Below the pieces are notes generated by a model, which saw only the letters and a program-made list of their open reading frames with translations, ran no database searches and was not told where the DNA came from. The translations under genes were made by a program, and so were the position numbers. A stretch of DNA of 64,000 nt, taken from the NCBI GenBank assembly GCA_963728205.1, contig CAVSIV010000006.1, positions 1,568,001-1,632,000 on the forward strand, written 5' to 3'. Below are positions 1-10,197 of this stretch, in pieces. Numbering within the stretch: the first letter of the stretch is position 1; every line of letters begins with the position of its first letter. This DNA comes from an uncultured Chloroflexia bacterium (GTDB taxonomy: Bacteria; Chloroflexota; Dehalococcoidia; UBA2979).

Positions 1-1
1 G

Positions 2-1183
2 GGCGGCGCGGCGCGTCTGTGGTCGCGACTCTCGCTCGAGGACGTCGTGGTGGAGCGCTCGCTGAGCGATCACCGCGTCTACGTCGGCGAGACCGTGGCG
101 GTGAAGCTCACGATCGAGAACCGCAAGGTCGTCCCCGTGCCGTGGCTGGAGGTGCAGCTCACGCTGCCGCGCGGCATGCAGGTGATGGACGCGCGCACGC
201 ACCTGGGGAGCGCCGGCGCCGTCGTGCTGCAGCGCAGCACGTCGCTCGGGCGGCGCGATCACATCGAGTGGCCGGTGACGCTGCGCGCGATCCACCGCGG
301 CTACTTCCGCGTGGGGCCGGCACGGCTGCGCTCGGGCGACATCTTCGGGTTCTTCGAGCGCGAGGAGATCGTCGGCGTCCCGGCGGACGCGATCATCGTG
401 TACCCGCGGACGTACCCGCTGCCGGAGCTCGGTCTCGACAGCGAGCGCCCGTTCGGCGAGCTGCGCGGCGGCAACCGCATCTTCGAGGACCCCTCGCGCG
501 TGATCGGCGTGCGCGACTACCGCCCCGGCGACCCGATGAAGCGCATCGACTGGAAGGCGACGGCGCGCGCACGACGGCTCCAGGCACGCCTCTACGAGCC
601 GTCGCGCAGCGAGGCCGTGGTGGTCGCGCTCAACATCCCGACCTTCGCGCAGCCATGGCAGGGCGCGGACCCGGTGCTGCTCGAGCGCGGCGTCGCGGTC
701 GCGGCGTCGCTCGCGCGCGCGGCCGCCGAGCGCGGCTCGGCCGTCGGGCTGATCGCCAACGGCTCGTACCAGGACGCGGACCGCCCGATCCGCATCGGCG
801 CCAGCAGCCACGTCCAGCAGCTGACGCACGTGCTCGAGGCCCTGGCGATGGTCACGGCGTTCACCACCTCGCGCATGTCCGGTGAGCTCGAGAGCCGCGA
901 GCACGCGCTGCCGGCGGGCGCGACGCTGCTCGTGGTGGCGGCGGTGATGACCGAGGACCTCACGGCGTCGCTGCTGCGCCTGCGCGGGCAGGGCCACTTC
1001 GTGCACGTCGTGAAGACGTCGCGTCCGCCGTGGGAGGCGGATCTCGGGCCGATCCGCGTGTCCGAGGTCTTCACGCTGATGGAGCAGTACGAGGCCGAGG
1101 CGGAGCGCGCGGGCATGCCGATCGCACAGCCGGACGAGGCCGCCGCCGCCGCCCTCGGCATGCAGACGCCGGTGCCGGCATGA
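2..1183 (+). CDS. DUF58 family protein (MoxR AAA-associated), 5' end truncated by the window
   Basis: Contains IIVYP and GVRDYRPGDPMKRIDWKATAR motifs; the frame is open to the window edge. Confidence 0.9.
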   Translation, partial: GGAARLWSRLSLEDVVVERSLSDHRVYVGETVAVKLTIENRKVVPVPWLEVQLTLPRGMQVMDARTHLGSAGAVVLQRSTSLGRRDHIEWPVTLRAIHRGYFRVGPARLRSGDIFGFFEREEIVGVPADAIIVYPRTYPLPELGLDSERPFGELRGGNRIFEDPSRVIGVRDYRPGDPMKRIDWKATARARRLQARLYEPSRSEAVVVALNIPTFAQPWQGADPVLLERGVAVAASLARAAAERGSAVGLIANGSYQDADRPIRIGASSHVQQLTHVLEALAMVTAFTTSRMSGELESREHALPAGATLLVVAAVMTEDLTASLLRLRGQGHFVHVVKTSRPPWEADLGPIRVSEVFTLMEQYEAEAERAGMPIAQPDEAAAAALGMQTPVPA

Positions 1184-2826
1184 CGCACCGCTGGCAGCAG
1201 CACATCACCGACTACCTCTACGTGATCACCGAGTCGATCGCGTGGTTCATGCCGATCGCGCTGATCGCGACGTGGGCCGAGCGCGACTTCCTCACGCAGC
1301 TCGCGGCGCGGATCGTCACGCTGCAGCAGACCGGCGCGCAGGAGCGGCTCGTGCTCGCCGACGTTGAGGCGGCGTCGCTCCACGTGATCTCCGGTCCCTC
1401 CGCGCTGCTCGTCGTGCTCACCGGCGTGATCGCCTTCGCGCTGATGCGGGCGTTCAGCCGGGCGCACGTGCAGGGCGGCTTCGCCGCGCTGTCGATGCTC
1501 GTCGCCTCCGTGCTGGTGCTGAACGTGATGCTGCACCTCGCGCTCGGGCACGACCTGCGGTTCTGGGACGGCAGCGGGTTCGCGGGCTACCTCAACGACC
1601 CGGCCGCGCACTTCCCCGATCACCTCGACGTCCGCGCGTTCCTCGCGCACCCGACGGTCGGCCGCCCGCACGGCGCCGCCGCGACGACGACGTTCATCGG
1701 TCTGATCGTGGTCTGGGCGCGGTTCCTGCTCGCCGGCCGCTCGGCCGTCACGTTCCAGCGCGCCGCCCGCTCATTCACGATCGGGTTCGCGGTGTCCCTC
1801 GCGATGGTCGTGGTCGCGAGTCTGAGCGACGTTGCGCCGATCGCCGGCTATGCGGTGCCGTACTTCGTGCTCGGCGTGCTGATGCTGGCGGTCGCGCACA
1901 GCGCGCGGCCGCAGGTGGCGATGGAGGGCGTGGGCCGCAGCGCACCGTGGGTCGTCTCGGTGGCGGTCACGGTGGCGGCGCTCGCCGTCGCGGCGCTCGT
2001 GCTCGGGCTGCTCGCGTTTCTCAACGCGGGCGCGGCGTTCCGCTTCGTCGTCGACGGCTTCTTCGCGCTGACCTCTCAGCTGCTGGTGATCATCGTGACC
2101 CCGGTCTTCTGGGTGATGAGCTTCCTCGTGCACCTCCTGCACATCAACGTGAACCACGAGCTCGTCGCGCCGACCGCGACGCCGGCGCCGGGGCCGGACC
2201 AGGCGCTCGCGCAGGGCGGCCGCAACACCATCGGCGAGCTGCTGCTGTTCGTCGCGAAGTTCGCCGCGCTCGTGCTCATCACGTACGGCTCGTTCCTCGG
2301 CGTGCGCCGGCTGCTCAACCAGCGGCGTCGCGACGAGGACGACGATTTCGTCGAGCTGCGGAGCGCGGACGCGGCTGCGGGTGGGCTCGGCGGGCTGCTG
2401 CGCAACTTCAGGCCGCGGTGGCGCGGGCGCGGCGCCGACGGCGAGTGGATGCGGCGGCACGCGGTCTACCGGCTCTTCGGCCGTGCCGTCCGCGACGCCC
2501 ACGCGCGCGGGCTGAGCATGCGGCCGGGCGAGACGCCGCTGGAGTTCGCCGACGTCGGACGGCGCATGCTCTCCGCCGACCCCTTTCCCGCGATCGCCGC
2601 CGAGTTCGACCGCGCGCGCTACGGCCGGCACTTCGCCGACGACGCGGGGGTGGCCGCGCTCGAGCGGGGGCTCGTCGAGTGGGAGCGCTCGCATCCCGCC
2701 AGCGAGGAGCAGCGCGAGCGCGTGCGCGGCGCGCGGGAGCTCAGCGACGTGCAGCGGCTCGAGGCGAACATCGTGCTCGCGAAGCGAGCGAGCCGCGGCG
2801 ACCGCAACGCGAAGCGGCTCCTCTAG
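1180..2826 (+). CDS. Multi-pass membrane protein with C-terminal DUF4129-like domain
   Basis: ATGA overlap with DUF58; many hydrophobic segments; RPGETPLEF...FDRARYG motif. Confidence 0.8.
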   Translation: MTHRWQQHITDYLYVITESIAWFMPIALIATWAERDFLTQLAARIVTLQQTGAQERLVLADVEAASLHVISGPSALLVVLTGVIAFALMRAFSRAHVQGGFAALSMLVASVLVLNVMLHLALGHDLRFWDGSGFAGYLNDPAAHFPDHLDVRAFLAHPTVGRPHGAAATTTFIGLIVVWARFLLAGRSAVTFQRAARSFTIGFAVSLAMVVVASLSDVAPIAGYAVPYFVLGVLMLAVAHSARPQVAMEGVGRSAPWVVSVAVTVAALAVAALVLGLLAFLNAGAAFRFVVDGFFALTSQLLVIIVTPVFWVMSFLVHLLHINVNHELVAPTATPAPGPDQALAQGGRNTIGELLLFVAKFAALVLITYGSFLGVRRLLNQRRRDEDDDFVELRSADAAAGGLGGLLRNFRPRWRGRGADGEWMRRHAVYRLFGRAVRDAHARGLSMRPGETPLEFADVGRRMLSADPFPAIAAEFDRARYGRHFADDAGVAALERGLVEWERSHPASEEQRERVRGARELSDVQRLEANIVLAKRASRGDRNAKRLL

Positions 2827-2850
2827 CGGGCGAGCGGGCGGGCCCGGCCC

Positions 2851-3588
2851 TCACCGCTCGCCGCGGGCGATGTCGACCGCCGCGCGGACGAGATCCGCGT
2901 TCTCCGTCGCGGGGCGCCCGTCGGGCCGTTCGAGCGTGTCCTCGAAGCCGATGCGCGTCTGCAGGCCGCGCCGCAGCGCCTCGCGCGCCAGCGGCCACGC
3001 CGCGGGGCCGCCGCCGTGCAGCAGGCGCGGCGCGCCGACGCGCGCGGCGTCGAGCACGGCCTCGATGGCGGCGGCGGTGGCGAGCGCCGCTCGCGGGTCG
3101 CGGTCGCGCGGCTCGATCAGCAGCCGCAGGCACGCGTCCTCCAGGCCGGCGGCGAGGAGCGCGCGCGCGTCGTCGGCCGCCCACAGGCCGGCCTCGACGC
3201 CGACGCCGCGGTCGATTAGCAGCCGCGCGAGCTCCACGGCGCCGTCCTCCGACAGGTTCACGGACGCGAAGTCGGGCTGCTCGTCCCAGGCGTGCACGAG
3301 CGCGAGGCGGCGCTCCGGATCGGGTTCGATCCACGCGCCCGTCGAGACGCCGACGGGTAGGCCGGGGGTCGCGGCGCGCAGCGCGCGCATCGTGGCCGCG
3401 ACATCCGCCGGGTCGAGCGTCTGGCGGCCGTCGTGGTTGCGCACGTGCATGTGGACCGCCGCGGCGCCGGCGTCGGCGACGCGCTGCGCGTCCGCGGCGA
3501 CCTCGGCGGGCGCGAGCGGCAGCGCGGCGTGATCGCCGGGCCGGCGGCTCCCGTTGAGGCAGGCCTTGATCCACCAGCCGGCGTTCAT
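2851..3588 (-). CDS. Beta-keto acid cleavage enzyme family (DUF849/BKACE)
   Basis: KACLNG, AGAAAVHMHVR, STG, PDFASVN and RIGFED motifs; start overlaps the comB stop. Confidence 0.88.
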   Translation of the reverse strand: MNAGWWIKACLNGSRRPGDHAALPLAPAEVAADAQRVADAGAAAVHMHVRNHDGRQTLDPADVAATMRALRAATPGLPVGVSTGAWIEPDPERRLALVHAWDEQPDFASVNLSEDGAVELARLLIDRGVGVEAGLWAADDARALLAAGLEDACLRLLIEPRDRDPRAALATAAAIEAVLDAARVGAPRLLHGGGPAAWPLAREALRRGLQTRIGFEDTLERPDGRPATENADLVRAAVDIARGER

Positions 3589-4331
3589 CGGTCGCGTCCT
3601 CCTCCGGGCGTGGCGGGGCGCAGCATGGCGAGCCCGTGCTCGATCGCCAGCACCCCCGCGCGTGCGCAGCGGTCGGTTTGCGCGCAGAACGCGATGTCGT
3701 CGCCGAAGCCCTGCGCGACGAGCCGCGCGCCGTGCCGCGTCGCGCCCAGCGCGGCCGCGAGATCGTCGCGCACGGCGCGGAAGTCCGCGATCGCACGCGC
3801 GGCCTCGTCGCCGGGCGCGGCGCCGGCGGTGGCGAGGCGGTCGGCGAGGAGGCCCGCCGCCAGGCGGTCGTCCTCGGACGGCGCGCCTCCCGTGCCCGAG
3901 CAGACGACGAGCACGTCGCGGCCGGCCGCGAGCGCGAGCGCGACGGCCGCCGCCGCGTTCAGCGGCGCGGCGGCGACGGTGAGCGGGGCCGCGGCGCAGG
4001 CGTGGAGGGCGGGCGTGCCGTTCGTGGTGGCGATGACCGCGCGGCGCGCCGGCAGGTCGGGCAGGCCGGCGAACTCCGACGGCGAGTTGCCGAAGTCGAA
4101 CCCGGGCGGCGGCAGCGAGTCGACCTCGCCGCAGAGCAGGACCGGGCCGGTCTCCGCGAGGCGGTCGCGCAGTGCGCGCGCCGCATCGACCGACGCCGCG
4201 GGATAGATCGCCTCGACGCCGCGTCCGAGCAGCACGGCCATGACGGAGGTCGCGCGCAGCACGTCGACGACGAGGCACGTCTGGCGCGCGGGCGGATCCG
4301 CGGGCGGCAGGAGGGCGACGTCGACGCGCAT
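3585..4331 (-). CDS. comB: 2-phosphosulfolactate phosphatase family
   Basis: VVDVLRATS, GFDFGNSP, TTNGT and ED motifs. Confidence 0.9.
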   Translation of the reverse strand: MRVDVALLPPADPPARQTCLVVDVLRATSVMAVLLGRGVEAIYPAASVDAARALRDRLAETGPVLLCGEVDSLPPPGFDFGNSPSEFAGLPDLPARRAVIATTNGTPALHACAAAPLTVAAAPLNAAAAVALALAAGRDVLVVCSGTGGAPSEDDRLAAGLLADRLATAGAAPGDEAARAIADFRAVRDDLAAALGATRHGARLVAQGFGDDIAFCAQTDRCARAGVLAIEHGLAMLRPATPGGGRDR

Positions 4332-4419
4332 CGCGGGAGTGTAGCGGCGCCGCCCGGGAAACACGTGCTACCTTCGATTCACCGGCAGACCGAGGCGGGC
4401 GGGGACCGGTGGAGGTGCG

Positions 4420-5250
4420 ATGCACGCCACGGTCGGGATCTTCGACTCCGGCGTCGGCGGCCTCTCCGTCGCTGCCGCGCTGCACCGGCTGCGCCCCTCG
4501 CTCGACATCCGCTATCTCGCCGACACCGCGTACTTCCCCTACGGCGACCGCTCGGAGGCCGAGGTGACCGCGCGCGCGCTCACCGTGGCGCGCCTGCTGA
4601 TCGACGCCGGCTGCACGATGCTCGTCGTCGCCTGCAACACCGCCTCCTCGGCCGCGCTCGAGCCGCTGCGCGCGACCTTCGACGTGCCGATCGTCGGCAT
4701 GGAGCCGCCGCTGAAGCCGGCCGTCGAGCGCAGCCGCAGCCGGCGTGTCGCCGTGCTCGGCACCGTCGCCACCAGCACCGGCGCGCGGCTCGCGCGTCTG
4801 CGCGCCACGTACGGCGCCGATGCGCACGTCGACGTCGTGCCGATGCCGGGCCTCGCGGACATGGTGGAGGCCGGCGAAGTCTCCGGCGCGCGCGTGGAGC
4901 GCGCGCTCGGCGAGGGGCTCGCCGGGCCGCTGCGCGACGGCGTCGACCAGGTCGCGCTCGGCTGCACGCACTACGCGTTCCTGCGCGGGCCGCTCGAGGC
5001 GATCGTCCCGCCGGGCGTGGAGGTGATCGACCCGGCAGAGCCGGTCGCGCGGCGCGTGGTCTCGCTGCTCGCGGAGGCCGGCACCGAGCCGGCGCCGGGC
5101 GCGGAGCCCGCCGCGGTCGTCTGTTACGCTACCGGCGACCCCGCCCGCTTCGCCGCGACCGTCGACCGGCTGCGCGCCGCCGGCGCGGCGCTGCCGCCGC
5201 TGCGCGTCGCGACGCTCGAGCAGGCGGAGGACGGCGCGCGCACCCGCTGA
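4420..5250 (+). CDS. murI: Glutamate racemase
   Basis: FDSGVGGLSV, FPYG, ACNTAS and LGCTHY motifs. Confidence 0.95.
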   Translation: MHATVGIFDSGVGGLSVAAALHRLRPSLDIRYLADTAYFPYGDRSEAEVTARALTVARLLIDAGCTMLVVACNTASSAALEPLRATFDVPIVGMEPPLKPAVERSRSRRVAVLGTVATSTGARLARLRATYGADAHVDVVPMPGLADMVEAGEVSGARVERALGEGLAGPLRDGVDQVALGCTHYAFLRGPLEAIVPPGVEVIDPAEPVARRVVSLLAEAGTEPAPGAEPAAVVCYATGDPARFAATVDRLRAAGAALPPLRVATLEQAEDGARTR

Positions 5251-5263
5251 CGAGGAGTCGCCC

Positions 5264-6136
5264 GTGACCAGCACCGAGTCCCGCGCCGCCCGGCCCGCCG
5301 CCACGACGCCGACCCGCTTCCAGGCGAAGTACGAGGCGGCCGCCGCGCGTCACCGCTCGCTGCTGTGCGTCGGCCTCGACCCGGACCCGGCACAGGTGCC
5401 CGCGGGCGTCGAGCCCGGCGACTTCCTGGCGGCGGTCATCGACGCGACCGCCGACCTCGTCTGCTGCTACAAGCCGAACATCGCCTTCTTCGAGCCCGAC
5501 CTCGGCGCCGGACTCGACCGCCTGAAGCGCGTCCTCGACCACATCCCCGCCGACGTCCCGGTGCTGCTCGACGCGAAGCGCGGCGACATCGGCCACACCG
5601 CGACGTTCTACGCGAAGGCGGTGTACGAGTCGCTCGACGTCGACGCCGTGACGGTGAACGGCTACCTCGGCCGCGACGCCGTCGAGCCCTTCCTCGCGTA
5701 CGCCGACCGCACGGCGTTCCTGCTCGTGCGCACGTCGAACCCGGGTGCGCGCGACCTGCAGGACCTGCGGCTCGCGGACTCCGGGGAGACGCTGTACGAG
5801 CACATGGCCGGGCTCGCGCGCGACTGGAACGCCGACCGCGGCAACGTCGGCATGGTGGTCGGCGCGACCTACCCCGCGGAGGCGCGCCGCATTCGCGCCA
5901 TCGCGCCCGACCTGCCGATGCTCATGCCGGGCGTCGGCGCCCAGGCGGGCGACCTCGAGGCCGCCGTGCAGGCGGCCGTCGACGCGCGCGGCGCGGGCAT
6001 CCTCGTGAACGCGTCGCGCGGCGTGCTCTACGCCGGTGCGACGAGCGGCGCGGGCTCGCTCGCCGAGTGGGCCGGGGCCGCGCGGGACGCCGCCGAGCGG
6101 CTGCGAGAGGCGATCAACGCCGCGCGTGAGCGGTAG
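5264..6136 (+). CDS. pyrF: Orotidine-5'-phosphate decarboxylase (type 2)
   Basis: [27 protein letters not shown] and PGVGAQ motifs. Confidence 0.95.
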   Translation: MTSTESRAARPAATTPTRFQAKYEAAAARHRSLLCVGLDPDPAQVPAGVEPGDFLAAVIDATADLVCCYKPNIAFFEPDLGAGLDRLKRVLDHIPADVPVLLDAKRGDIGHTATFYAKAVYESLDVDAVTVNGYLGRDAVEPFLAYADRTAFLLVRTSNPGARDLQDLRLADSGETLYEHMAGLARDWNADRGNVGMVVGATYPAEARRIRAIAPDLPMLMPGVGAQAGDLEAAVQAAVDARGAGILVNASRGVLYAGATSGAGSLAEWAGAARDAAERLREAINAARER

Positions 6137-6141
6137 CGACG

Positions 6142-6408
6142 GTGCTCGACCTGCGCATGGGCGACGTCGTCCGCATGCGCCGCAAGCACCCGTGCGGCGG
6201 ATTCGACTGGGACGTCGTGCGGCTCGGCGCGGACATCGGGCTGCGCTGCCGAACCTGCGGGCGTCGCGTGCTGATGGACCAGACCACGTTCGCGCGGCGC
6301 GCGCGGGAGGTCGTGGAGCGTGGCCCCGCGGTCGACCCCGCGATCGAGCACGCGCTGTGGGGCGATCTTGCGCGGCGGCCCGCCAGGGACGACGAGCGCG
6401 CGTCGTGA
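6142..6408 (+). CDS. DUF951 family small Zn-ribbon protein
   Basis: [14 protein letters not shown]...[15 protein letters not shown]. Confidence 0.88.
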   Translation: MLDLRMGDVVRMRRKHPCGGFDWDVVRLGADIGLRCRTCGRRVLMDQTTFARRAREVVERGPAVDPAIEHALWGDLARRPARDDERAS

Positions 6409-6470
6409 CCGGCGTGCCGGCGGGACGGGCCGTTGGGTGCGAGGCGCGCGCGGCCAACACGTGCGTTTCG

Positions 6471-6500
6471 TTGACTGGCCTTTTCGGCCGCTCCTACACT
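6471..6500 (+). promoter_or_regulatory. Sigma70-type promoter (TTGACT-N18-TACACT)
   Basis: Near-consensus -35/-10 pair upstream of the DUF151 gene in very GC-rich DNA. Confidence 0.6.
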
Positions 6501-6541
6501 CGATTCAGGCCGGCTCCGCCGCGCCGTCTGGGGGCGCACAG

Positions 6542-7075
6542 GTGATCGAACTCATCATCGACAGCATCCGCGTGGGCCTCCGGCACTACCGTCGCGTGGT
6601 GGTGCTCAAGGAGAAGGACGCGGAGCGCTTTCTCACCATCTGGATCGGCGCCGACGTCGCGGACGCGATCGCGCTGCGCCTCCAGGACATCGCGGTACCC
6701 CGCCCGCAGACGCACGACCTCCTCTACTCGATGATTGGCGAGCTCGGCGGGACGGTGAAGTCCGTGGTCGTGAACGACCTCAAGGACGACACGTTCTTCG
6801 CGAAGGTGATGATCGAGCAGGACGGCCGCACGCTCGAAGTCGACTCGCGGCCGTCGGACGCGATCGCGCTCGCGGTGCGTGCCGAGGTGCCGATCTTCGT
6901 GGCGGACGACGTGCTCGACCGCGCCGGCATCCTGCTCGACGACGAGGCCGAAGGCGAAGGGGACGAGTTGCGCGATCGGCCAACCGCGCCCACAGCCGAG
7001 GAGCTGGAAAAGCTCGCGCCGTTCCGCGACTTCGTCGCGGGGCTCGACCTCGACGATCTCGGGAAGGGCGAATAG
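6542..7075 (+). CDS. Bifunctional nuclease family (DUF151)
   Basis: LTIWIG, RPQTHDL and [13 protein letters not shown] motifs. Confidence 0.92.
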   Translation: MIELIIDSIRVGLRHYRRVVVLKEKDAERFLTIWIGADVADAIALRLQDIAVPRPQTHDLLYSMIGELGGTVKSVVVNDLKDDTFFAKVMIEQDGRTLEVDSRPSDAIALAVRAEVPIFVADDVLDRAGILLDDEAEGEGDELRDRPTAPTAEELEKLAPFRDFVAGLDLDDLGKGE

Positions 7076-7147
7076 GCGCGGATCGCCCCTCGCTTCAGCT
7101 TCGGAACGCCCCGATCCCGGCCTGCGGATCGCCCCGGATCCGGTTCT

Positions 7148-7165
7148 TTGTGCAGGCCCTCACAA
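7148..7165. promoter_or_regulatory. Putative Rex operator upstream of the atp operon
   Basis: TTGTGCA-GGCC-CTCACAA matches the Rex consensus TTGTGAA-N4-TTCACAA at 12 of 14 positions; rex is in the window. Confidence 0.7.
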
Positions 7166-7169
7166 GAGT

Positions 7170-7198
7170 TTGATCCACCGAATTGCCCGTGTTAGGCT
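7170..7198 (+). promoter_or_regulatory. atp operon promoter (TTGATC-N17-TAGGCT, extended TG)
   Basis: Correct spacing and TGn before the -10; directly downstream of the Rex box. Confidence 0.55.
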
Positions 7199-7233
7199 CC
7201 CGCTGGCCTCGATGCCGGAGAGGCGGTCGGGCC

Positions 7234-7461
7234 GTGTGGAATTCACCAGCGTTTGGACTCGTTGGGATCGGAACGTACCTCGCCACCTCCATCGTGGGGC
7301 TGACGCTCGTCGGTGTGTGGCTTGACGGACGCTTCGGGACCCGGCCCGTGCTCACGCTCGTGTTCCTGGTATTGGGACTGGCGGCCGGGTTTTACGGCGC
7401 CTATACGCAGTTGCGCGAGTTGATGGATCGCACTCGCGAGGGCAACAACGAGGAGCAGTGA
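7234..7461 (+). CDS. ATP synthase accessory protein AtpZ/AtpI (ATPase_gene1 family)
   Basis: GVWLDGRFGTRP with two transmembrane helices; first gene of the operon; start uncertain. Confidence 0.8.
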   Translation: MWNSPAFGLVGIGTYLATSIVGLTLVGVWLDGRFGTRPVLTLVFLVLGLAAGFYGAYTQLRELMDRTREGNNEEQ

Positions 7462-8459
7462 CGATGCGCAAGTGGGCCTTCTTGCTCGGCGCTCTCGTCT
7501 TCATCGTCGCGGGCATGCTGTTCATCGGCGGCGCGGCTCCGGTGATCGTCGTGGCGCCCGAGGAGATCGGGAAGATCGGTCCGCTCACCGTCACGAACAC
7601 GATGTTCTCGTCGTGGTGCGTGGTGATCCTGCTGGCGGCGGTCGGCTTCATCGCGGGGCGCGGCGTGAAGGTCGTGCCGACGGGCTTCGCCGGCGCGGTC
7701 GAGGCCGCGATCGTCGCGTTCTATGACATCTGCGTGCAGGTGGCCGGCGAGAAGAACGGCCGGCGCTTCTTCCCGCTGTGCGCCACGATCTTCTTCTTCA
7801 TCCTCGTCTCGAATTACACGGGTCTGCTGCCCTTCTTCAACACCATCGGCAAGACGGAGCCAGGTCACGGCGTGAACCAGCCCGTGATGCACCAGGCGTC
7901 GCTCGGCGGGCTCGACTACGCCTACGTCCCGCTGACGCCGGACACGGTCGACACGCGCTCCGGCGCGGAGCCGCTCACGCCGGAGCACGCGGGCGGTGAC
8001 TTCTCGGGCGTCGTCGCGCCGTTCTTCCGCTCGGTGATGACCGACATGAACGCGCCGCTCGCGATTGCGCTGTGGTCGGCCATCTTCGTCGAGTTCTGGG
8101 GCATCACGATGGTCGGCCCCATGTACCTCACGAAGTTCTTCAACTTCAGTCGCATCGCGCGGCTCAAGCCGATCGGCATCATCGACGTCTTCGTCGGGCT
8201 GCTCGAGTTCGTCTCGGAGCTCGCGCGCATCGTCTCGTTCACCTTCCGTCTGTTCGGCAACATCTTCGCCGGCGACGTCGTGCTGCTGATGGCGACGTTC
8301 CTGGTGCCGTTCCTGGTCGTGGACATCTTCTACGGCCTGGAGATGTTCGTCGGTCTGATCCAGGCGTTCATCTTCGCGATGCTGACGCTGGTGTTCGCGC
8401 ACTCCGCCGTGACGTTCTCGCACGGCGACCACGCAGAGGAGCACGGCGCGGCGCACTAG
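7458..8459 (+). CDS. atpB: ATP synthase Fo subunit a
   Basis: SFTFRLFGNIFAG and GLIQAFIFAML motifs. Confidence 0.96.
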   Translation: MTMRKWAFLLGALVFIVAGMLFIGGAAPVIVVAPEEIGKIGPLTVTNTMFSSWCVVILLAAVGFIAGRGVKVVPTGFAGAVEAAIVAFYDICVQVAGEKNGRRFFPLCATIFFFILVSNYTGLLPFFNTIGKTEPGHGVNQPVMHQASLGGLDYAYVPLTPDTVDTRSGAEPLTPEHAGGDFSGVVAPFFRSVMTDMNAPLAIALWSAIFVEFWGITMVGPMYLTKFFNFSRIARLKPIGIIDVFVGLLEFVSELARIVSFTFRLFGNIFAGDVVLLMATFLVPFLVVDIFYGLEMFVGLIQAFIFAMLTLVFAHSAVTFSHGDHAEEHGAAH

Positions 8460-8486
8460 GCGCGTCGCGTTTTGTGAAGCAAGTGA

Positions 8487-8882
<396 letters not shown>

Positions 8883-8978
8883 ACGGCCACGACATCGACC
8901 GCCCCCGGCCGCAGGGCGCACCGCGTTGCGGTCACCTGCCACCGGGGGCGGACCGATGAGCGAAGAGCGAGGAGCAAG

Positions 8979-9590
8979 GTGATGCACCACCTGCGTCGTC
9001 CGCGTCTCGTCGCCGCAGGCACCGGCCTGCTCGTGGCGCTGGTGCCCGCCGTGGCGGGCGCCCAGGAGGGATCGTCCGGCGGGATCGCCGCGCTGGGAGT
9101 GAACCTGCCGGGCCTCGTCGCCCAGTTCGTGAACTTCCTGATCCTGCTCGTCGTGCTGCGGCTGTTCCTGTACGGCCCGATCGTGCGGATGCTCGACGAG
9201 CGGAAGCGCCGCATCGAAGAGGGTCTCCGGCGGTCGGAGGAGGCGGCCTCGATGGCTGCCTCCAGCGAGACCGAGGCCCGCGCCGCGATGGAGCAGGCGC
9301 GCGCCGAGGCACGCGACGTCGTCCAGCGCGCCCAGGAGACGGCCACGCGGCTGCGCGAGGAGCTCGAGCAGCAGGCGCGCGCCGACGCCGACAAGATCGT
9401 CTCGCAGGCGCGAGCGGACATCGACCTCGAGCGCCAGCAGGCGATCCAGCAACTGCGCACCGAGTTCGCGGCGCTCACGGTGTCGGCCGCCGAGCGGGTG
9501 ATCAACCAGTCGCTCGACCGACAGGCGCACCAGCGGCTCATCGACGAGGTGCTCGTCGAGAGCGACTTCGGCGGCGACGGCCGGAACTAG
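8979..9590 (+). CDS. atpF: ATP synthase Fo subunit b with N-terminal leader
   Basis: AQFVNFLILLVVL...LDERKRRIEEGL followed by coiled coil; operon position. Confidence 0.93.
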   Translation: MMHHLRRPRLVAAGTGLLVALVPAVAGAQEGSSGGIAALGVNLPGLVAQFVNFLILLVVLRLFLYGPIVRMLDERKRRIEEGLRRSEEAASMAASSETEARAAMEQARAEARDVVQRAQETATRLREELEQQARADADKIVSQARADIDLERQQAIQQLRTEFAALTVSAAERVINQSLDRQAHQRLIDEVLVESDFGGDGRN

Positions 9591-9624
9591 ACCGAGCGTC
9601 GACCGAGGAGACTGAGGAGCACCC

Positions 9625-10170
9625 GTGCCCGCACCCCGCGACATCGCCGGACGCCGCTACGCGCTCGCCCTGATCGCGATCGCGCGCGACGACCGGGACT
9701 TCGATGCCTGGACCGATGCGGTCGACGCGCTCGAGGGCCTGACCGCGCGCCGGTCGTACGTGGAGGCGCTGCAGTCCGACGGGATGACGGACGCGCGCTT
9801 CCAGGAGATCGTGCGGCTCGTGGCTCCCGGCATCGGGCAGAAGCAGCTCAACTTCCTCCGGCTGCTGCGCCGCAAGAGCCGGCTCGCGCTCGGCGCGTCG
9901 ATCGCGTCGTTCTTCCGCGAGCTGCTCGACACGGAGCGCGGCATCGTGCGGGCGGAGGTCACGAGCGCGGTCGCGCTCGACGACGACCAGCGCCGGCGCC
10001 TGAGCGAGAAGCTGGCGCGCGACACGGGCAAGCAGGTCGAGCTCGAAGCGCACGTCGACGCGTCGCTGATCGGCGGCATGGTCGTGCGCATCGGCGACCG
10101 CCTGATCGACGGATCCACCCGGAGCAGGCTGCGTCGCCTGCGCACCCAGCTGGAACGCGCGGCGCGCTAG
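9625..10170 (+). CDS. atpH: ATP synthase F1 subunit delta
   Basis: RRYALAL and VDASLIGGMVVRIGDRLIDGS motifs. Confidence 0.93.
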   Translation: MPAPRDIAGRRYALALIAIARDDRDFDAWTDAVDALEGLTARRSYVEALQSDGMTDARFQEIVRLVAPGIGQKQLNFLRLLRRKSRLALGASIASFFRELLDTERGIVRAEVTSAVALDDDQRRRLSEKLARDTGKQVELEAHVDASLIGGMVVRIGDRLIDGSTRSRLRRLRTQLERAAR

Positions 10171-10197
10171 CCCGCGCACGAGAGGCCGAGGTACCGC

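Noticed and set aside
8472-8478. TTGTGAA Rex half-site between atpB and atpE
   Set aside because: There is no matching second half-site at the correct spacing.
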